NCBI GenBank assembly: GCA_024236235.1
Contig: JACKKV010000007.1
Coordinates: 6,330 to 70,329 of the forward strand
Length of the DNA: 64,000 bases
Reading direction: 5' to 3'
From: Novosphingobium sp.
GTDB lineage: Bacteria > Pseudomonadota > Alphaproteobacteria > Sphingomonadales > Sphingomonadaceae
The position numbers were made by a program, and so were the translations under genes. Below the pieces are notes generated by a model, which was not told the DNA's origin, did not search any database, and saw only the letters and a list, made by a program, of their open reading frames with translations. Numbering within the stretch: the first letter of the stretch is position 1; every line of letters begins with the position of its first letter. Positions 10,139 to 19,903 of the stretch are shown here, one piece after another.

Positions 10139-11236
10139 TTATTCTTCGGTCCTGATCAGCACCGCTTCGCCCAGCAGAGCGAACAGGAAAAACGGCGCCC
10201 AGGCGGCGAGGAAGGGCGGATATCCGCCGAAGCTGCCCATGGCGAGCGCGGCGTTGTCAACCACGAAATAGGCAAAGCCCAGCGCCATCCCGGCCACGGA
10301 ACGGACGAACAGCTGGCCCGAACGCGCCAGACCGAAGGCGGCGACTGCGCCCAGCAGGGGCATCAGCACAGAGGACAGCGGGCCGGAAATCTTGTGCCAC
10401 CAGGCGGCGCGCAGTTCCCCAGTCTGGCGGCCCGTGGCTTCCATCAGCCGGATCGCGTGCGACAGTTCCACGATGCTCCTGTTGTCAGCTTCCACACCGG
10501 TTGTATCGACTCGCGCCAGCGTCAGCTCCTTGCCGACCACGAATGGCTTGAGCGGACGAAGGCTGGTCGTCTGCACGTCGAATGACACCGGGGCCTCCAG
10601 CTTCCAGCCGGGGTTGGCGTATGTCGCGCGGGGAGACTGGATCTTTTCCAGGATAATTCCGCTGGCGTCGCGCCGGTACCAGGTCACCCCTTCCATCAGC
10701 CGTCCTTCGGGTGTGTGCGACAGGCTGGCTGCGGCGAGGACATTCGGCCCGTCGCGCAGATAGACATTGTTGCGGGTGCCCGAATTGCGGGGCAGGGGCC
10801 CGTAATCGTTCTTTTCCCAGGTCTTGAGCGTGGCGTTGGCCCTTGTCACCACCCGTTCGTTGAACGCGAAATTGACCACGGACACCGCCATGGCCGTCAG
10901 CAGCAGCGGCGCCAGCACCTGATGAGCAGACATGCCCGCCGCCTTCATCGCGATCACTTCGCTGTTCTGGTTGAGCGTGGCCAGGGTGATGATCGTGGCC
11001 AGGAGGACCGAATAGGGCAGGAAGCGCGAGACAAGCTGGGGCAGGCGCAGCGAAACATAGCGCCACAGTTCCGCCTGCCCGTTGCCGGGATATTCCATGA
11101 TCGAACCGCTCTCGCTCAGGAGGTCGAGCGTCTGCAGCACCAGGACCAGCATGACCAGCACCGCCAGCACGCGGGTGATGAACAGCCTTGCGAGGTAGAA
11201 GGTGACCGTGCGCGAAGGAAAGAAATCAAGCTGCAT
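10139..11236 (-). CDS. lptG: LPS export ABC transporter permease LptG
   Basis: MQLDFFPSRTVTFYLARLF start and the YjgP/YjgQ permease pattern. It is paired with lptF and overlaps it by 11 nt. Confidence 0.85.
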   Translation of the reverse strand: MQLDFFPSRTVTFYLARLFITRVLAVLVMLVLVLQTLDLLSESGSIMEYPGNGQAELWRYVSLRLPQLVSRFLPYSVLLATIITLATLNQNSEVIAMKAAGMSAHQVLAPLLLTAMAVSVVNFAFNERVVTRANATLKTWEKNDYGPLPRNSGTRNNVYLRDGPNVLAAASLSHTPEGRLMEGVTWYRRDASGIILEKIQSPRATYANPGWKLEAPVSFDVQTTSLRPLKPFVVGKELTLARVDTTGVEADNRSIVELSHAIRLMEATGRQTGELRAAWWHKISGPLSSVLMPLLGAVAAFGLARSGQLFVRSVAGMALGFAYFVVDNAALAMGSFGGYPPFLAAWAPFFLFALLGEAVLIRTEE

Positions 11237-12458
11237 CGGTGGCCTTCCGCAGGTTGCGGGCGCGGCGATGGCTTCGTGAAAGCAGCCTGATCTTGCGCCC
11301 GATGCGTGCAAAAACGGCTTCCAGCGCACCGATCGCCTGCCCGCCGGGAATGAAGGCGACGCGGTAATACATCCACAGGATCAGCCCGGCAAAGATCAGG
11401 AACGGCCCCCACAGCCCGATCACGGGATTGAGCAGGCCGAGACTGGCGACATCCTGCGCATACTGGTTCACCTTGTGATAGGAGACGACCATGACGATCG
11501 AGACGAATACGCCCAGCGCCGAGGTTGATCGTTTGGGCGGGATCGCCAGCGCCACCGCCAGCAGTGGCATCAGCAGCATCATCACGACTTCGACCAGCCG
11601 GTAATTCAGGCTGGCCCAGCTCTGCGTGCGCTTTTCCAGGGGCACCTGGTCATTCCAGCCGATCTTGAGCAGTTCAGGCAGGATATATTCCCGTTCGGCC
11701 TGGCCGCGGGCGCGGAACGCCTCGATCTTGGGCAGATCGATCGGCAAGTCGTGCTGGGAAAAGCTGAGTACGCGGGGCGTTTCGCCCGGCTTGCCCGTTT
11801 CCTGAATGATCGTGCCATCCACCAGCCGCAGGATCACCGTATCGCGGCTGTCTTCAGTCGCCAGAAAGCGGCCTTCGCGCGCGGATATCGACAGGACCTG
11901 CCCCTTCTGATTGGCGATGCGCGCGAAAATGCCGATCAGCTGCGTGCCATTGTTGCGGCTCTCTTCGATCTGCAACGCCATCCGGTCCTTGAGCGAGGTG
12001 AATTCGCCCACCTTGATCGAAGCGCCCAGCGCGCCGGACCGCAGCTGGAATTCCATCTGTTCGTAATAATAGCGCGAATAGGGCTGGAGGAAGCCGACGA
12101 TCAGCAGGTTGAGCGCGGCCAGCGCGATGGTTAGCATATAGGGCACGCGCAGCAGCCGGTTGTAACCCATCCCCACCGCGCGCAGCACGTCCAGTTCGCT
12201 GCTGGTCGCCAGCTTGCGAAAGGCCAGCAGGATGCCCAGCAGCAGCCCCAGCGGGATCGCCAGGCTGGCATATTCGGGGATGAGATTGGCGAGCATCTTG
12301 AAGACGATGCTGACCGGCCCGCCTTCGACCGCCACGAAGTCAAACAGGCGCAGCATCTTTTCCATCAGCAGCAGCGATGCGGCGATCACGAACACGGCGA
12401 CCATCGGCACCCAGGTCAGGCGGAAAATATAGCGATCAATGGCAGTTAAGGATTTCAA
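11226..12458 (-). CDS. lptF: LPS export ABC transporter permease LptF
   Basis: MKSLTAIDRYIFRL start and YjgP/YjgQ family architecture. Confidence 0.85.
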   Translation of the reverse strand: MKSLTAIDRYIFRLTWVPMVAVFVIAASLLLMEKMLRLFDFVAVEGGPVSIVFKMLANLIPEYASLAIPLGLLLGILLAFRKLATSSELDVLRAVGMGYNRLLRVPYMLTIALAALNLLIVGFLQPYSRYYYEQMEFQLRSGALGASIKVGEFTSLKDRMALQIEESRNNGTQLIGIFARIANQKGQVLSISAREGRFLATEDSRDTVILRLVDGTIIQETGKPGETPRVLSFSQHDLPIDLPKIEAFRARGQAEREYILPELLKIGWNDQVPLEKRTQSWASLNYRLVEVVMMLLMPLLAVALAIPPKRSTSALGVFVSIVMVVSYHKVNQYAQDVASLGLLNPVIGLWGPFLIFAGLILWMYYRVAFIPGGQAIGALEAVFARIGRKIRLLSRSHRRARNLRKATDAA

Positions 12459-12575
12459 GCGCTTGGCCGTCGCTGTCTTGTCGTGGCGGGATCGTGTCCC
12501 GGCCTATAGCGCGCCGGGGGCGGCAGGTCATGCCCCGTTTTGCAATTGGCGGGCAGGGGCAGGGGCGGGCGCGTT

Positions 12576-13034
12576 TCAGAGCAGTTCGAACAGCTCGTAG
12601 ACCGGTCCTTGCGGGCGCCGATGGCCGATCCCGAAGGCGATGACATCATTCAGCCAGACCAGCCGCGGGGCGGCGGTTTCGAACTGGGCGGCGGTGCGGA
12701 AATAGAGCTCGTCCGGTGCGATCGTCTCTCCGGCCTGCATCCGTTCGATCATGTCGCCGGGGCCCCTGAGGCGGCCGGAATAGGTCATGTAGATGATTTC
12801 ACCCTGATCGGTTTCGAGCATGGCGCGAACATCGAGATGAATGACCCCGTCCGGGCGGCGAAACCACCAGTCGCCGCCGCCGGGCTGCGCAATGCCGTTC
12901 AGGCGTTCGCCATGAAAGCGGCCCGACTGGATGATACCGCTCTGCCGGAAATAACCCTGCGGGACATCTCCCACCGGCTGGGGCGTGGTTTCAAACTCCG
13001 CAGTGAACAGCGGACGGAAGCGCGGCTCGCTCAA
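12576..13034 (-). CDS. DUF3237 (UPF0311) family protein
   Basis: 152 aa, GDW...DG....D...L.T.DG..I....G pattern. Confidence 0.6.
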   Translation of the reverse strand: MSEPRFRPLFTAEFETTPQPVGDVPQGYFRQSGIIQSGRFHGERLNGIAQPGGGDWWFRRPDGVIHLDVRAMLETDQGEIIYMTYSGRLRGPGDMIERMQAGETIAPDELYFRTAAQFETAAPRLVWLNDVIAFGIGHRRPQGPVYELFELL

Positions 13035-13058
13035 GTGGATTTCCGCGACCGGCCCAAG

Positions 13059-13388
13059 TCAGGCCTTTTCCAGCGTGCATTGCAGCGGGTGCTGATTGGC
13101 CCGCGCGAAATCCATCACCTGATTGACCTTGGTTTCGGCGATTTCGAAGGGAAAGATACCGCACACGCCCACGCCCTTCTGGTGGACATGCAGCATCACC
13201 CGGGTCGCCTGTTCCAGGTCCATGCTGAAAAAGCGTTTGAGCACCATCACCACGAATTCCATCGGGGTGTAATCGTCATTCAGCAGCAGAACCTTGAACT
13301 GGCTGGGCTTCTTGGGCTTGGCGCGGGTTTTGGTGGCCACGCCGACCTGTGCGTCATCGCCCCCGGAATCGTCGCCCGGATCACTCAT
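13059..13388 (-). CDS. clpS: ATP-dependent Clp protease adaptor ClpS
   Basis: [20 protein letters not shown]...HQKGVGVCG core. Start chosen at MSDPGDD (13388). Confidence 0.88.
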   Translation of the reverse strand: MSDPGDDSGGDDAQVGVATKTRAKPKKPSQFKVLLLNDDYTPMEFVVMVLKRFFSMDLEQATRVMLHVHQKGVGVCGIFPFEIAETKVNQVMDFARANQHPLQCTLEKA

Positions 13389-13597
13389 ATTTGGCCCGCA
13401 CAGCGGGGCTTTGCGCATATCTTCGGCGTACGGAATCATCGGATCAGGATATCGCATTGGCGGCGGAGCGCGCAAGCAGCTTCGAAAAGCGGGGGAATCC
13501 GAAGCCATGGCGTCAACGGCAAAACGGGCCGGACAGTCTGCACTGTCCGGCCCGCCTTGTTCGGCCGGGGGGTAGGGGTCCCCGACTAAGCGGTGAT

Positions 13598-14515
13598 TCA
13601 GGCGGCCTTCGAGACCTTCTCGGCCAGGACGCTGAAACGCGTGGAGAGCGGCGCGATGGCTTCGTTGGCCAGCTTCACCAGCTGTTCGCTGCTCTTCGAA
13701 CCGAACGCGACGGCCGAGTCGAAGTTGCGACGCAGCAGTTCGCCCTGGAGCTGGTACAGTTCGGTCGGCGACTTGATCGCGGCGAACTTCTTCATGTCAG
13801 CCGTGGCGGTTTCGAACGCGCCCTTGGTTTCTTCGACGTAGTTGCGGCCCAGTTCCTGGACGCCCGACGCGATGATCTTGCCCGATTCGACAACGGCTTC
13901 GACGTTGCCCTTGGTGATTTCGCTGACTTCGCCAACGGCGGCCGAGCTCTTCTCGTAAGCGGTCTTGGCCTTGTCCTTCACGGTGGCGATCGTGTCAGTC
14001 ACCATCTTGGTGTAGTCGGTCTTCTTGCTTGCAGTAGCCATGAAAAATTCCTTCAGATTCGAAACAGTGGGTAGGGTTGGGGTTGTTGCCTTGGCCGGAG
14101 CCTTGGCGGGGTTCTTGCTCTTGAGCGTGGTTGCGGCGGCGGGGGCCGCCTGCTTGGTCACCTTCCTGGCGACGGCGGGCCTGGCCGGCTTTGCCGCAGG
14201 TGCTTTCGCCGGAGCGGCGGCAGGCTTGCTGGCCGCCGGGGCTTTTTTCGCCGTCACCTTGCGGGTGGCCGGCTTCTTTGCGGCGACGGGCTTCTTTGCC
14301 GGAGCCTTGGCCACGGCCGGGGTTTTCGCGACGGGAGCCGGAGCCGGAGCTTCTGCGACCACTGCCTTGACGGCAGGGGCTTCCACTGCCGGGGCAGGTT
14401 CGGCCTTGGGCGCCGCTGTTACCGGCGCGGGCTTGGTTACCGCGACGGTGCTGGCAGCTGCCTCATAGGCTTTCTCGGCTGCGTCACCCGTCGCATTTTC
14501 GATCTTGTCTGCCAT
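13598..14515 (-). CDS. Phasin-family protein with an N-terminal Ala/Lys/Pro-rich extension
   Basis: The C-terminal 147 aa form a phasin domain. The in-frame upstream 158 aa are AKP-rich ([39 protein letters not shown]). An internal ATG at 14041 has its own AAGGA RBS. Confidence 0.75.
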   Translation of the reverse strand: MADKIENATGDAAEKAYEAAASTVAVTKPAPVTAAPKAEPAPAVEAPAVKAVVAEAPAPAPVAKTPAVAKAPAKKPVAAKKPATRKVTAKKAPAASKPAAAPAKAPAAKPARPAVARKVTKQAAPAAATTLKSKNPAKAPAKATTPTLPTVSNLKEFFMATASKKTDYTKMVTDTIATVKDKAKTAYEKSSAAVGEVSEITKGNVEAVVESGKIIASGVQELGRNYVEETKGAFETATADMKKFAAIKSPTELYQLQGELLRRNFDSAVAFGSKSSEQLVKLANEAIAPLSTRFSVLAEKVSKAA

Positions 14516-14664
14516 TCGTCCTGTACCTCGCATTGCGCTTTCCCATACCGGAAAGGCGTATGTTGCACTGCACAAATAGTGAGTGCGCCTGCGATGTCAA
14601 GGAAAAATTGTGCACTGCACAAAAGTGTAACAATTCGACGGGGAGGCGGGGCGAATGGGCGGGG

Positions 14665-16533
14665 CTAATGTTCCATTACGTACCGGCCCGGCGCGTCCTC
14701 GATCACCTTGTCGCCCTTGCCGCCCGGTGCGCGCTTGCCCTTCGCCGGGACTGTTTCGGTGCCGAAGCTGTGCAGCCATTCGATCCAGTACGGCCACCAG
14801 CTGCCGGGGTGTTCGCGTGCCCCGGCCACGAAATCCTCGTAAGTCGTATAGGGCGGCTCGCTGGTCCAGTACTGGTACTTGTGCAGCGAAGGCGGGTTGA
14901 CCACCCCGGCGATATGGCCTGACCCGGCCAGCATGAAACGGGTCGGCCCGCGGAAATGACGGGTGGCGCGAAACACGCTTTCGGGCGGTGCGATGTGATC
15001 TTCGCGCCCCGCCTGGATGAAGCACGGCGTTTCGATGCGGGTAAGGTCGATCGGCGTGCCATCCGCTTCCAGCCGGTCAGGCACGACCATCAGATTGTCG
15101 CGATAAAGCTGGCGGGTGTAATTGTGATGCCAGCGCGCAGGCAGGTTGGTCGAATCCCCGTTCCAGAACAGCAGGTCGAACGCAGGGTAATCCTCGCCCA
15201 GCAGATAATTGTTGATGACATAGCTCCAGATCAGATCCTTGCCCCGCAGGGCGTTGAACGTCGCCGCCATGTAGCGACCGTCAAGATAACCTTTTTCGGA
15301 CAGCTGATCGGCCAGTGTGAGCGCGGGGCCATCGCAGAAATATTTCAACTCCCCGGATTTCTCGAAATCGACCTGGGCGGTGAAGAAGGTCGCGCTGGCG
15401 ACCTTGTCCGCCTGCCCGCGCCGGGCCAGGATGGAAAGGGTCGCCGCAAGGGTGGTGCCTGCCACGCAATAGCCGATGGCGTGGACGGCGGGCACTTTCA
15501 GCCGCTCGCGGACGACATTGATCGCTTCGATCTGGGCGCGGATGTAATCGTCCCATTCGATCTCGGCCATGGATGCGTCCGCCGATTTCCAGGACACCAT
15601 GAAAGTGGTCAGCCCCTGTTCGACGGCCCAGCGCACGAAGCTTTTCTTTGCGTTGAGATCGAGGATGTAGAAGCGGTTGATCCACGGCGGAAAGATCACC
15701 AGCGGCGTTTCCAGCACTGTTTCAGTGGTAGGGCTGTACTGGATCAGTTGGAACAGCGGCGTTTCATACACCACCTTGCCGGGGGTGACGGCGATGTTGC
15801 GACCCACTTCGAAGGCGGATTTGTCCGTGTGCGACAATTGGCCGTGGCGCAGGTCCGAGAGCAGATGTTCCATGCCGCGCACCAGATTTTCGCCCCGCGT
15901 TTCCAGCGTGCGTTCGATCACCACCGGATTGGTGGTGGGGAAATTGGCCGGGCTCAGCGCCTCCACCATGCAGCGCGCCGCGAATCTGAGCTGGTCGCGC
16001 TTTTCGTCATTCAGCCCCTCCATCGCATCGATCGCGGCCTGGACCTGATCGGACAGCATCAGATAGGTCTGGTGCAGGATGGCAAAGGCGGGCTGGTTCT
16101 GCCAGCGCGGATCGGCAAAGCGGCGGTCGGAACGCGGCAGGGCGGGCGTGCTGCCGGCGCCCGCGTTCGGCCCCATCCCGTACTGGGCCAGCACATTTTC
16201 CCACAGCGCCAGCCCTTCATCGCACAGGCGCTGGCGCGTATCGGCATTGCCCAGCGGCAATTGTTCGTAGAACATCTCCAGATAGTCGAGCCATTTGGTG
16301 ACATTGGCAAAGGGGTGCGGATCCTTGCCCTCGTTGACCAGTTCCTGCTGAAAATCCAGCCACAGCCCCTGCAGCTTTCTGGAGGATTCCAGCCAGCCCG
16401 TCATTTCCTGCGGGTCCAGGCCCGGCGGGACGAAGCCCGGCATCAATGGCGACAGCATTTGTTGAAGCGCCGTTGCCTGTTCGCTCCACAGCCGCCGGAA
16501 CATTTCGGTCGGGTCTTCGGTTTTGTCTGCCAT
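14665..16533 (-). CDS. phaC: Class I poly(R)-hydroxyalkanoate synthase
   Basis: G-Y-C-V-A-G lipase box and about 620 aa of PhaC-like sequence. Start at MADKTEDP (16533). Confidence 0.9.
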   Translation of the reverse strand: MADKTEDPTEMFRRLWSEQATALQQMLSPLMPGFVPPGLDPQEMTGWLESSRKLQGLWLDFQQELVNEGKDPHPFANVTKWLDYLEMFYEQLPLGNADTRQRLCDEGLALWENVLAQYGMGPNAGAGSTPALPRSDRRFADPRWQNQPAFAILHQTYLMLSDQVQAAIDAMEGLNDEKRDQLRFAARCMVEALSPANFPTTNPVVIERTLETRGENLVRGMEHLLSDLRHGQLSHTDKSAFEVGRNIAVTPGKVVYETPLFQLIQYSPTTETVLETPLVIFPPWINRFYILDLNAKKSFVRWAVEQGLTTFMVSWKSADASMAEIEWDDYIRAQIEAINVVRERLKVPAVHAIGYCVAGTTLAATLSILARRGQADKVASATFFTAQVDFEKSGELKYFCDGPALTLADQLSEKGYLDGRYMAATFNALRGKDLIWSYVINNYLLGEDYPAFDLLFWNGDSTNLPARWHHNYTRQLYRDNLMVVPDRLEADGTPIDLTRIETPCFIQAGREDHIAPPESVFRATRHFRGPTRFMLAGSGHIAGVVNPPSLHKYQYWTSEPPYTTYEDFVAGAREHPGSWWPYWIEWLHSFGTETVPAKGKRAPGGKGDKVIEDAPGRYVMEH

Positions 16534-16683
16534 TATCGCTTCACCGGTTCTAGAGGGGCGCGCCCGCGCCATTGCCAGGATGAGTCGTTCATCAAAGCCA
16601 TTGCATAGCATAAGCAGCATTTGCGAAAGGGCCATAATAGCCTAAAGTTGGTTGCAGTGCGGTGACGGTCACCGCCCTTTGGA

Positions 16684-17895
16684 ATGTTAGAGGTCATGGA
16701 AGACGAATTTTACCGCATCAAGCGCCTGCCGCCCTATGTCATCGCCGAAGTCAACGCGATGCGCGCTGCGGCACGCCATGCGGGCCGTGACATCATCGAC
16801 CTGGGCATGGGCAATCCCGATCTGCCGCCGCCCGATCACGTCATCGAAAAACTGTGCGAAGTTGCGCGCAAGCCCGATGCGCACGGCTATTCCCAGTCCA
16901 AGGGCATACCCGGCCTGCGCCGCGCCCAGGCGAATTATTACGGCCGCCGGTTCGGGGTAGAGCTTGATCCCGAAAGTGAAGTGGTCGTCACGCTCGGCTC
17001 GAAGGAAGGGCTGGCGACGCTCGCCACCGCGATCACCGCGCCGGGCGATGTTGTGCTGGCGCCCAATCCCAGCTATCCGATTCATACCTTCGGTTTCATC
17101 ATCGCAGGGGCCACGATCCGCTCCGTGCCGACCACGCCTGACGATCGCTACTGGGAATCGCTGGACAAGGCGATGGCTTTCACCGTGCCGCGGCCCAGCA
17201 TCCTGATCGTCAACTATCCGTCCAACCCCACCGCCGAGGTGGTGGATCTGGCATTTTACGAACGGCTGGTCGCCTGGGCGAAGGAGAACAAGGTCTGGGT
17301 GCTGTCCGACCTTGCCTATTCCGAACTTTATTATGACGGCAAGCCGACTCCCTCGATCCTGCAGGTGCCGGGGGCGAAGGATGTGGCGGTGGAATTCACC
17401 TCCCTCAGCAAGACCTATTCGATGGCCGGCTGGCGGATGGGCTTTGCCGTGGGCAACCGCAAGCTCATCGCGGCGCTGACGCGGGTCAAGAGTTACATCG
17501 ATTATGGAGCTTTCACGCCGATCCAGGCGGCGGCCTGCGCCGCCCTCAACGGGCCGCAGGACATTGTGGAACGCAATCGCGAACTCTATCATCGCCGCCG
17601 CGACGTGCTGGTTGAAAGCTTCGGGCGGGCCGGATGGGAAATTCCCCCGGCCAAGGCATCGATGTTCTGCTGGGCGCCTCTGCCTCCGCAGCTCAAGGAC
17701 ATGGGCAGCCTCGAATTTTCCAAGCAATTGCTCACTCATGCCGAAGTGGCGGTGGCGCCGGGCGTCGGCTATGGTGAGGACGGCGAAGGTTTCGTGCGCA
17801 TCGCGATGGTCGAAAATGAACAACGGCTGCGTCAGGCCGCGCGCAATGTTAAGCGTTATCTCCAGTCCATGGGTGTCAATTCCACGGCGGCATGA
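16684..17895 (+). CDS. PLP-dependent aminotransferase, class I/II (AlaC / LL-DAP-aminotransferase-like)
   Basis: SLSKTYSMAGWRMG lysine motif. 403 aa. Confidence 0.85.
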   Translation: MLEVMEDEFYRIKRLPPYVIAEVNAMRAAARHAGRDIIDLGMGNPDLPPPDHVIEKLCEVARKPDAHGYSQSKGIPGLRRAQANYYGRRFGVELDPESEVVVTLGSKEGLATLATAITAPGDVVLAPNPSYPIHTFGFIIAGATIRSVPTTPDDRYWESLDKAMAFTVPRPSILIVNYPSNPTAEVVDLAFYERLVAWAKENKVWVLSDLAYSELYYDGKPTPSILQVPGAKDVAVEFTSLSKTYSMAGWRMGFAVGNRKLIAALTRVKSYIDYGAFTPIQAAACAALNGPQDIVERNRELYHRRRDVLVESFGRAGWEIPPAKASMFCWAPLPPQLKDMGSLEFSKQLLTHAEVAVAPGVGYGEDGEGFVRIAMVENEQRLRQAARNVKRYLQSMGVNSTAA

Positions 17896-18003
17896 ACGGG
17901 GCGAAGTTGCGGCTTTGCCTGTTCGCTTGATCCTGTCCCGATAAAACTCTGGTTGCATTGCCCGGTGAGTTTGTGATGCCTTGCATCGCGAGCAAACGGG
18001 GAC

Positions 18004-18765
18004 ATGATGAAGCAATTCTGCTGGGTATCGCAGCGGGCCGCTCTGCCCGACGGGTGGGATCTGCGCCTGCGCGGCTGGAGGCTGGACGCGGCTGAGCCGG
18101 ACCCGGCGGCCGAACGGCGCGAACACTTCCCCATCCTGTGCGATTATCAGGGGGTCAGCGCGGCACAGCTGGCCGGGCTGCGCCAGCACCGCCAGCGCAT
18201 GCTGTTGCTGGGGGTGGATGGCGGGCTGGAACGCGCGGGCCTGCTTGCCGCCAGGTTTGCCGATGCCCTGCCGGGCGATGTCGGGCTGGATGAACTGGAC
18301 CAGCGGGCGGAGCGGGTGTTGCTGCAGGCCGCAGCCATGCCGCGCCAGCGCACGGCCGGGCCCTTGCTGCTCGACCTGTTTCACCGCGATGCGCAGATCG
18401 ACGGGCGCTGGCTGGGCCTGCATCCGCGTGAATTCGCGCTGCTGTGGCATCTGGCCGAACTGCCCGGCAGCCGCGTAACCCGCGCCCGCCTGCTGGCCGA
18501 TGTCTGGCGGCTCAATCACGATCCGGAAACTAACCGGGTGGAGGTACATGTCTCGCGTCTGCGCGCGAAGCTGGCCGGTGCGGGGCTTGGTCAGCTGGTG
18601 GTGACGGATCCGCGCGGTGGCTATCGCCTCGATTCGGGTGATCGGGGCGATTCGGCATTGCCCCTTGCCAATCCGCATAATGCACTGGACGAATATGTGC
18701 GGCGCGGCGACATTGCGCCGATCAAGGAGCGGCAGGGCGATGACAATTCCCTTCACAAACAATGA
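18004..18765 (+). CDS. OmpR/PhoB-type winged-helix transcriptional regulator with a degenerate N-terminal domain
   Basis: C-terminal LHPREFALLWHLAELPGSRVTRARLLADVW...NRVEVHVSRLRAKL...RGGYRL. The N-terminal 130 aa lack a clear receiver signature. Confidence 0.7.
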   Translation: MMKQFCWVSQRAALPDGWDLRLRGWRLDAAEPDPAAERREHFPILCDYQGVSAAQLAGLRQHRQRMLLLGVDGGLERAGLLAARFADALPGDVGLDELDQRAERVLLQAAAMPRQRTAGPLLLDLFHRDAQIDGRWLGLHPREFALLWHLAELPGSRVTRARLLADVWRLNHDPETNRVEVHVSRLRAKLAGAGLGQLVVTDPRGGYRLDSGDRGDSALPLANPHNALDEYVRRGDIAPIKERQGDDNSLHKQ

Positions 18766-19552
18766 CCGGGTGACGATCGAGCTGGAAGAGTGCGGCGTGG
18801 CGCAGCTGCGCCTTGCCCGGGCGGACAAGATGAACGCGCTCGACATCGCCATGTTCGAAGCGCTGGTGGAAGCGGGCGATGCGCTGGCCCGCAGTCGCGG
18901 CGTTCGTGCTGTGGTGCTGGCGGGGGAGGGCGCCTGTTTTTGCGCCGGCTTCGATCTCGCCAATTTCCAGAGCTGGCAGGGTGCGGCTGCGCCCGATCTG
19001 TGTGTGCGCACTCATGGCGAGGCCAATCTGTTCCAGCAGGCGGCGCTGCAATGGCGGCGTCTGCCAATGCCGGTGATCGCCGCAGTGCACGGCGCCTGCC
19101 TTGGCGGGGGGCTGCAACTGGCCAGCGGGGCGGATATCCGCATTGTCGCGCCCGATGCGAAGCTTTCGATTCTCGAACTGAAATGGGGGCTGGTGCCGGA
19201 CATGGCGGGTTTCGTGCTGTGGCGCGGGCTGCTGCGGGACGACAGCCTGCGCGAACTGCTGTTCAGCCACCGCATCTTCAGCGGGGAGGAGGCGCTCAGC
19301 CTGGGGCTTGCTACCATCACCGATCCCGACCCGCTGGCGCGCGCAACTGCCATGGCCCGCGCGATTGCCGGGCAGAATCCCGATGCGGTGCACGCGGCCA
19401 AGGCGCTGGCCAATCGCACGCTGGATGCAACGGCGGCGGAACTGCTGATGGCGGAAAGCACGGCACAGGCCGGGCTTATGTGGTCGCCCAACCAGCTGGA
19501 GGCGGTCGCCAGCCAGATGGAGAAGCGCGCTGCGCGTTATATCGACCCGTGA
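18740..19552 (+). CDS. Enoyl-CoA hydratase/isomerase (crotonase) family protein
   Basis: LNALDIAMFEAL...VVLAGEGACFCAGFDL oxyanion-hole motif. Start at MTIPFTNND (18740). Confidence 0.85.
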   Translation: MTIPFTNNDRVTIELEECGVAQLRLARADKMNALDIAMFEALVEAGDALARSRGVRAVVLAGEGACFCAGFDLANFQSWQGAAAPDLCVRTHGEANLFQQAALQWRRLPMPVIAAVHGACLGGGLQLASGADIRIVAPDAKLSILELKWGLVPDMAGFVLWRGLLRDDSLRELLFSHRIFSGEEALSLGLATITDPDPLARATAMARAIAGQNPDAVHAAKALANRTLDATAAELLMAESTAQAGLMWSPNQLEAVASQMEKRAARYIDP

Positions 19553-19625
19553 CTGCGGCAAAGAAGCGTTGCCTTGCCGCGATCGCTTCGCTAGGTGCCC
19601 GGCTGCACCGCGTCCTGACGCAAGA

Positions 19626-19699
19626 GGCCCGATGGCGGAGTGGTGACGCAGCGGACTGCAAATCCGTATACGCCGGTTCGATTCCGGCTCGGGCCTCCA
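19626..19699 (+). tRNA. tRNA-Cys (GCA)
   Basis: Hand-folded cloverleaf. Acceptor GGCCCGA/TCGGGCC, anticodon loop CTGCAAA, T-loop TTCGATT, encoded CCA. Confidence 0.9.
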
Positions 19700-19903
19700 T
19701 GCATATTGAGGTGCAAAGGCGTCTCCGGGTATTGGCGCCCAGAGTGGCGCAACCCCGCGCCATTCCGCGAGATCATCTTACCAGAAACCGTCTCTCCTGA
19801 GACGTGTATTGGCTCGGTAATGGGCCGCAAATGCGTAAAGTCTCTGCGGCGATTTCTGCATCGACGGATTTGACGTTACCCGCGTCTCTGCTCTCTGTGG
19901 TGG

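Noticed and set aside
12576-13388. clpS not followed by clpA
   Set aside because: The gene downstream of clpS is a DUF3237 protein rather than clpA. Without the rest of the genome this cannot be judged unusual, because clpA may simply be elsewhere.
12540-13589. 349-aa plus-strand ORF spanning the DUF3237 and clpS region
   Set aside because: It is antisense to two genes with clear family signatures, its composition is atypical, and it has no motifs.
16687-19011. 774-aa ORF on the minus strand
   Set aside because: It runs antisense to three well-supported plus-strand genes (aminotransferase, wHTH regulator, crotonase). It has an Arg/Ala/Pro/Gly-rich composition typical of spurious open frames in high-GC DNA, and no recognisable motifs.
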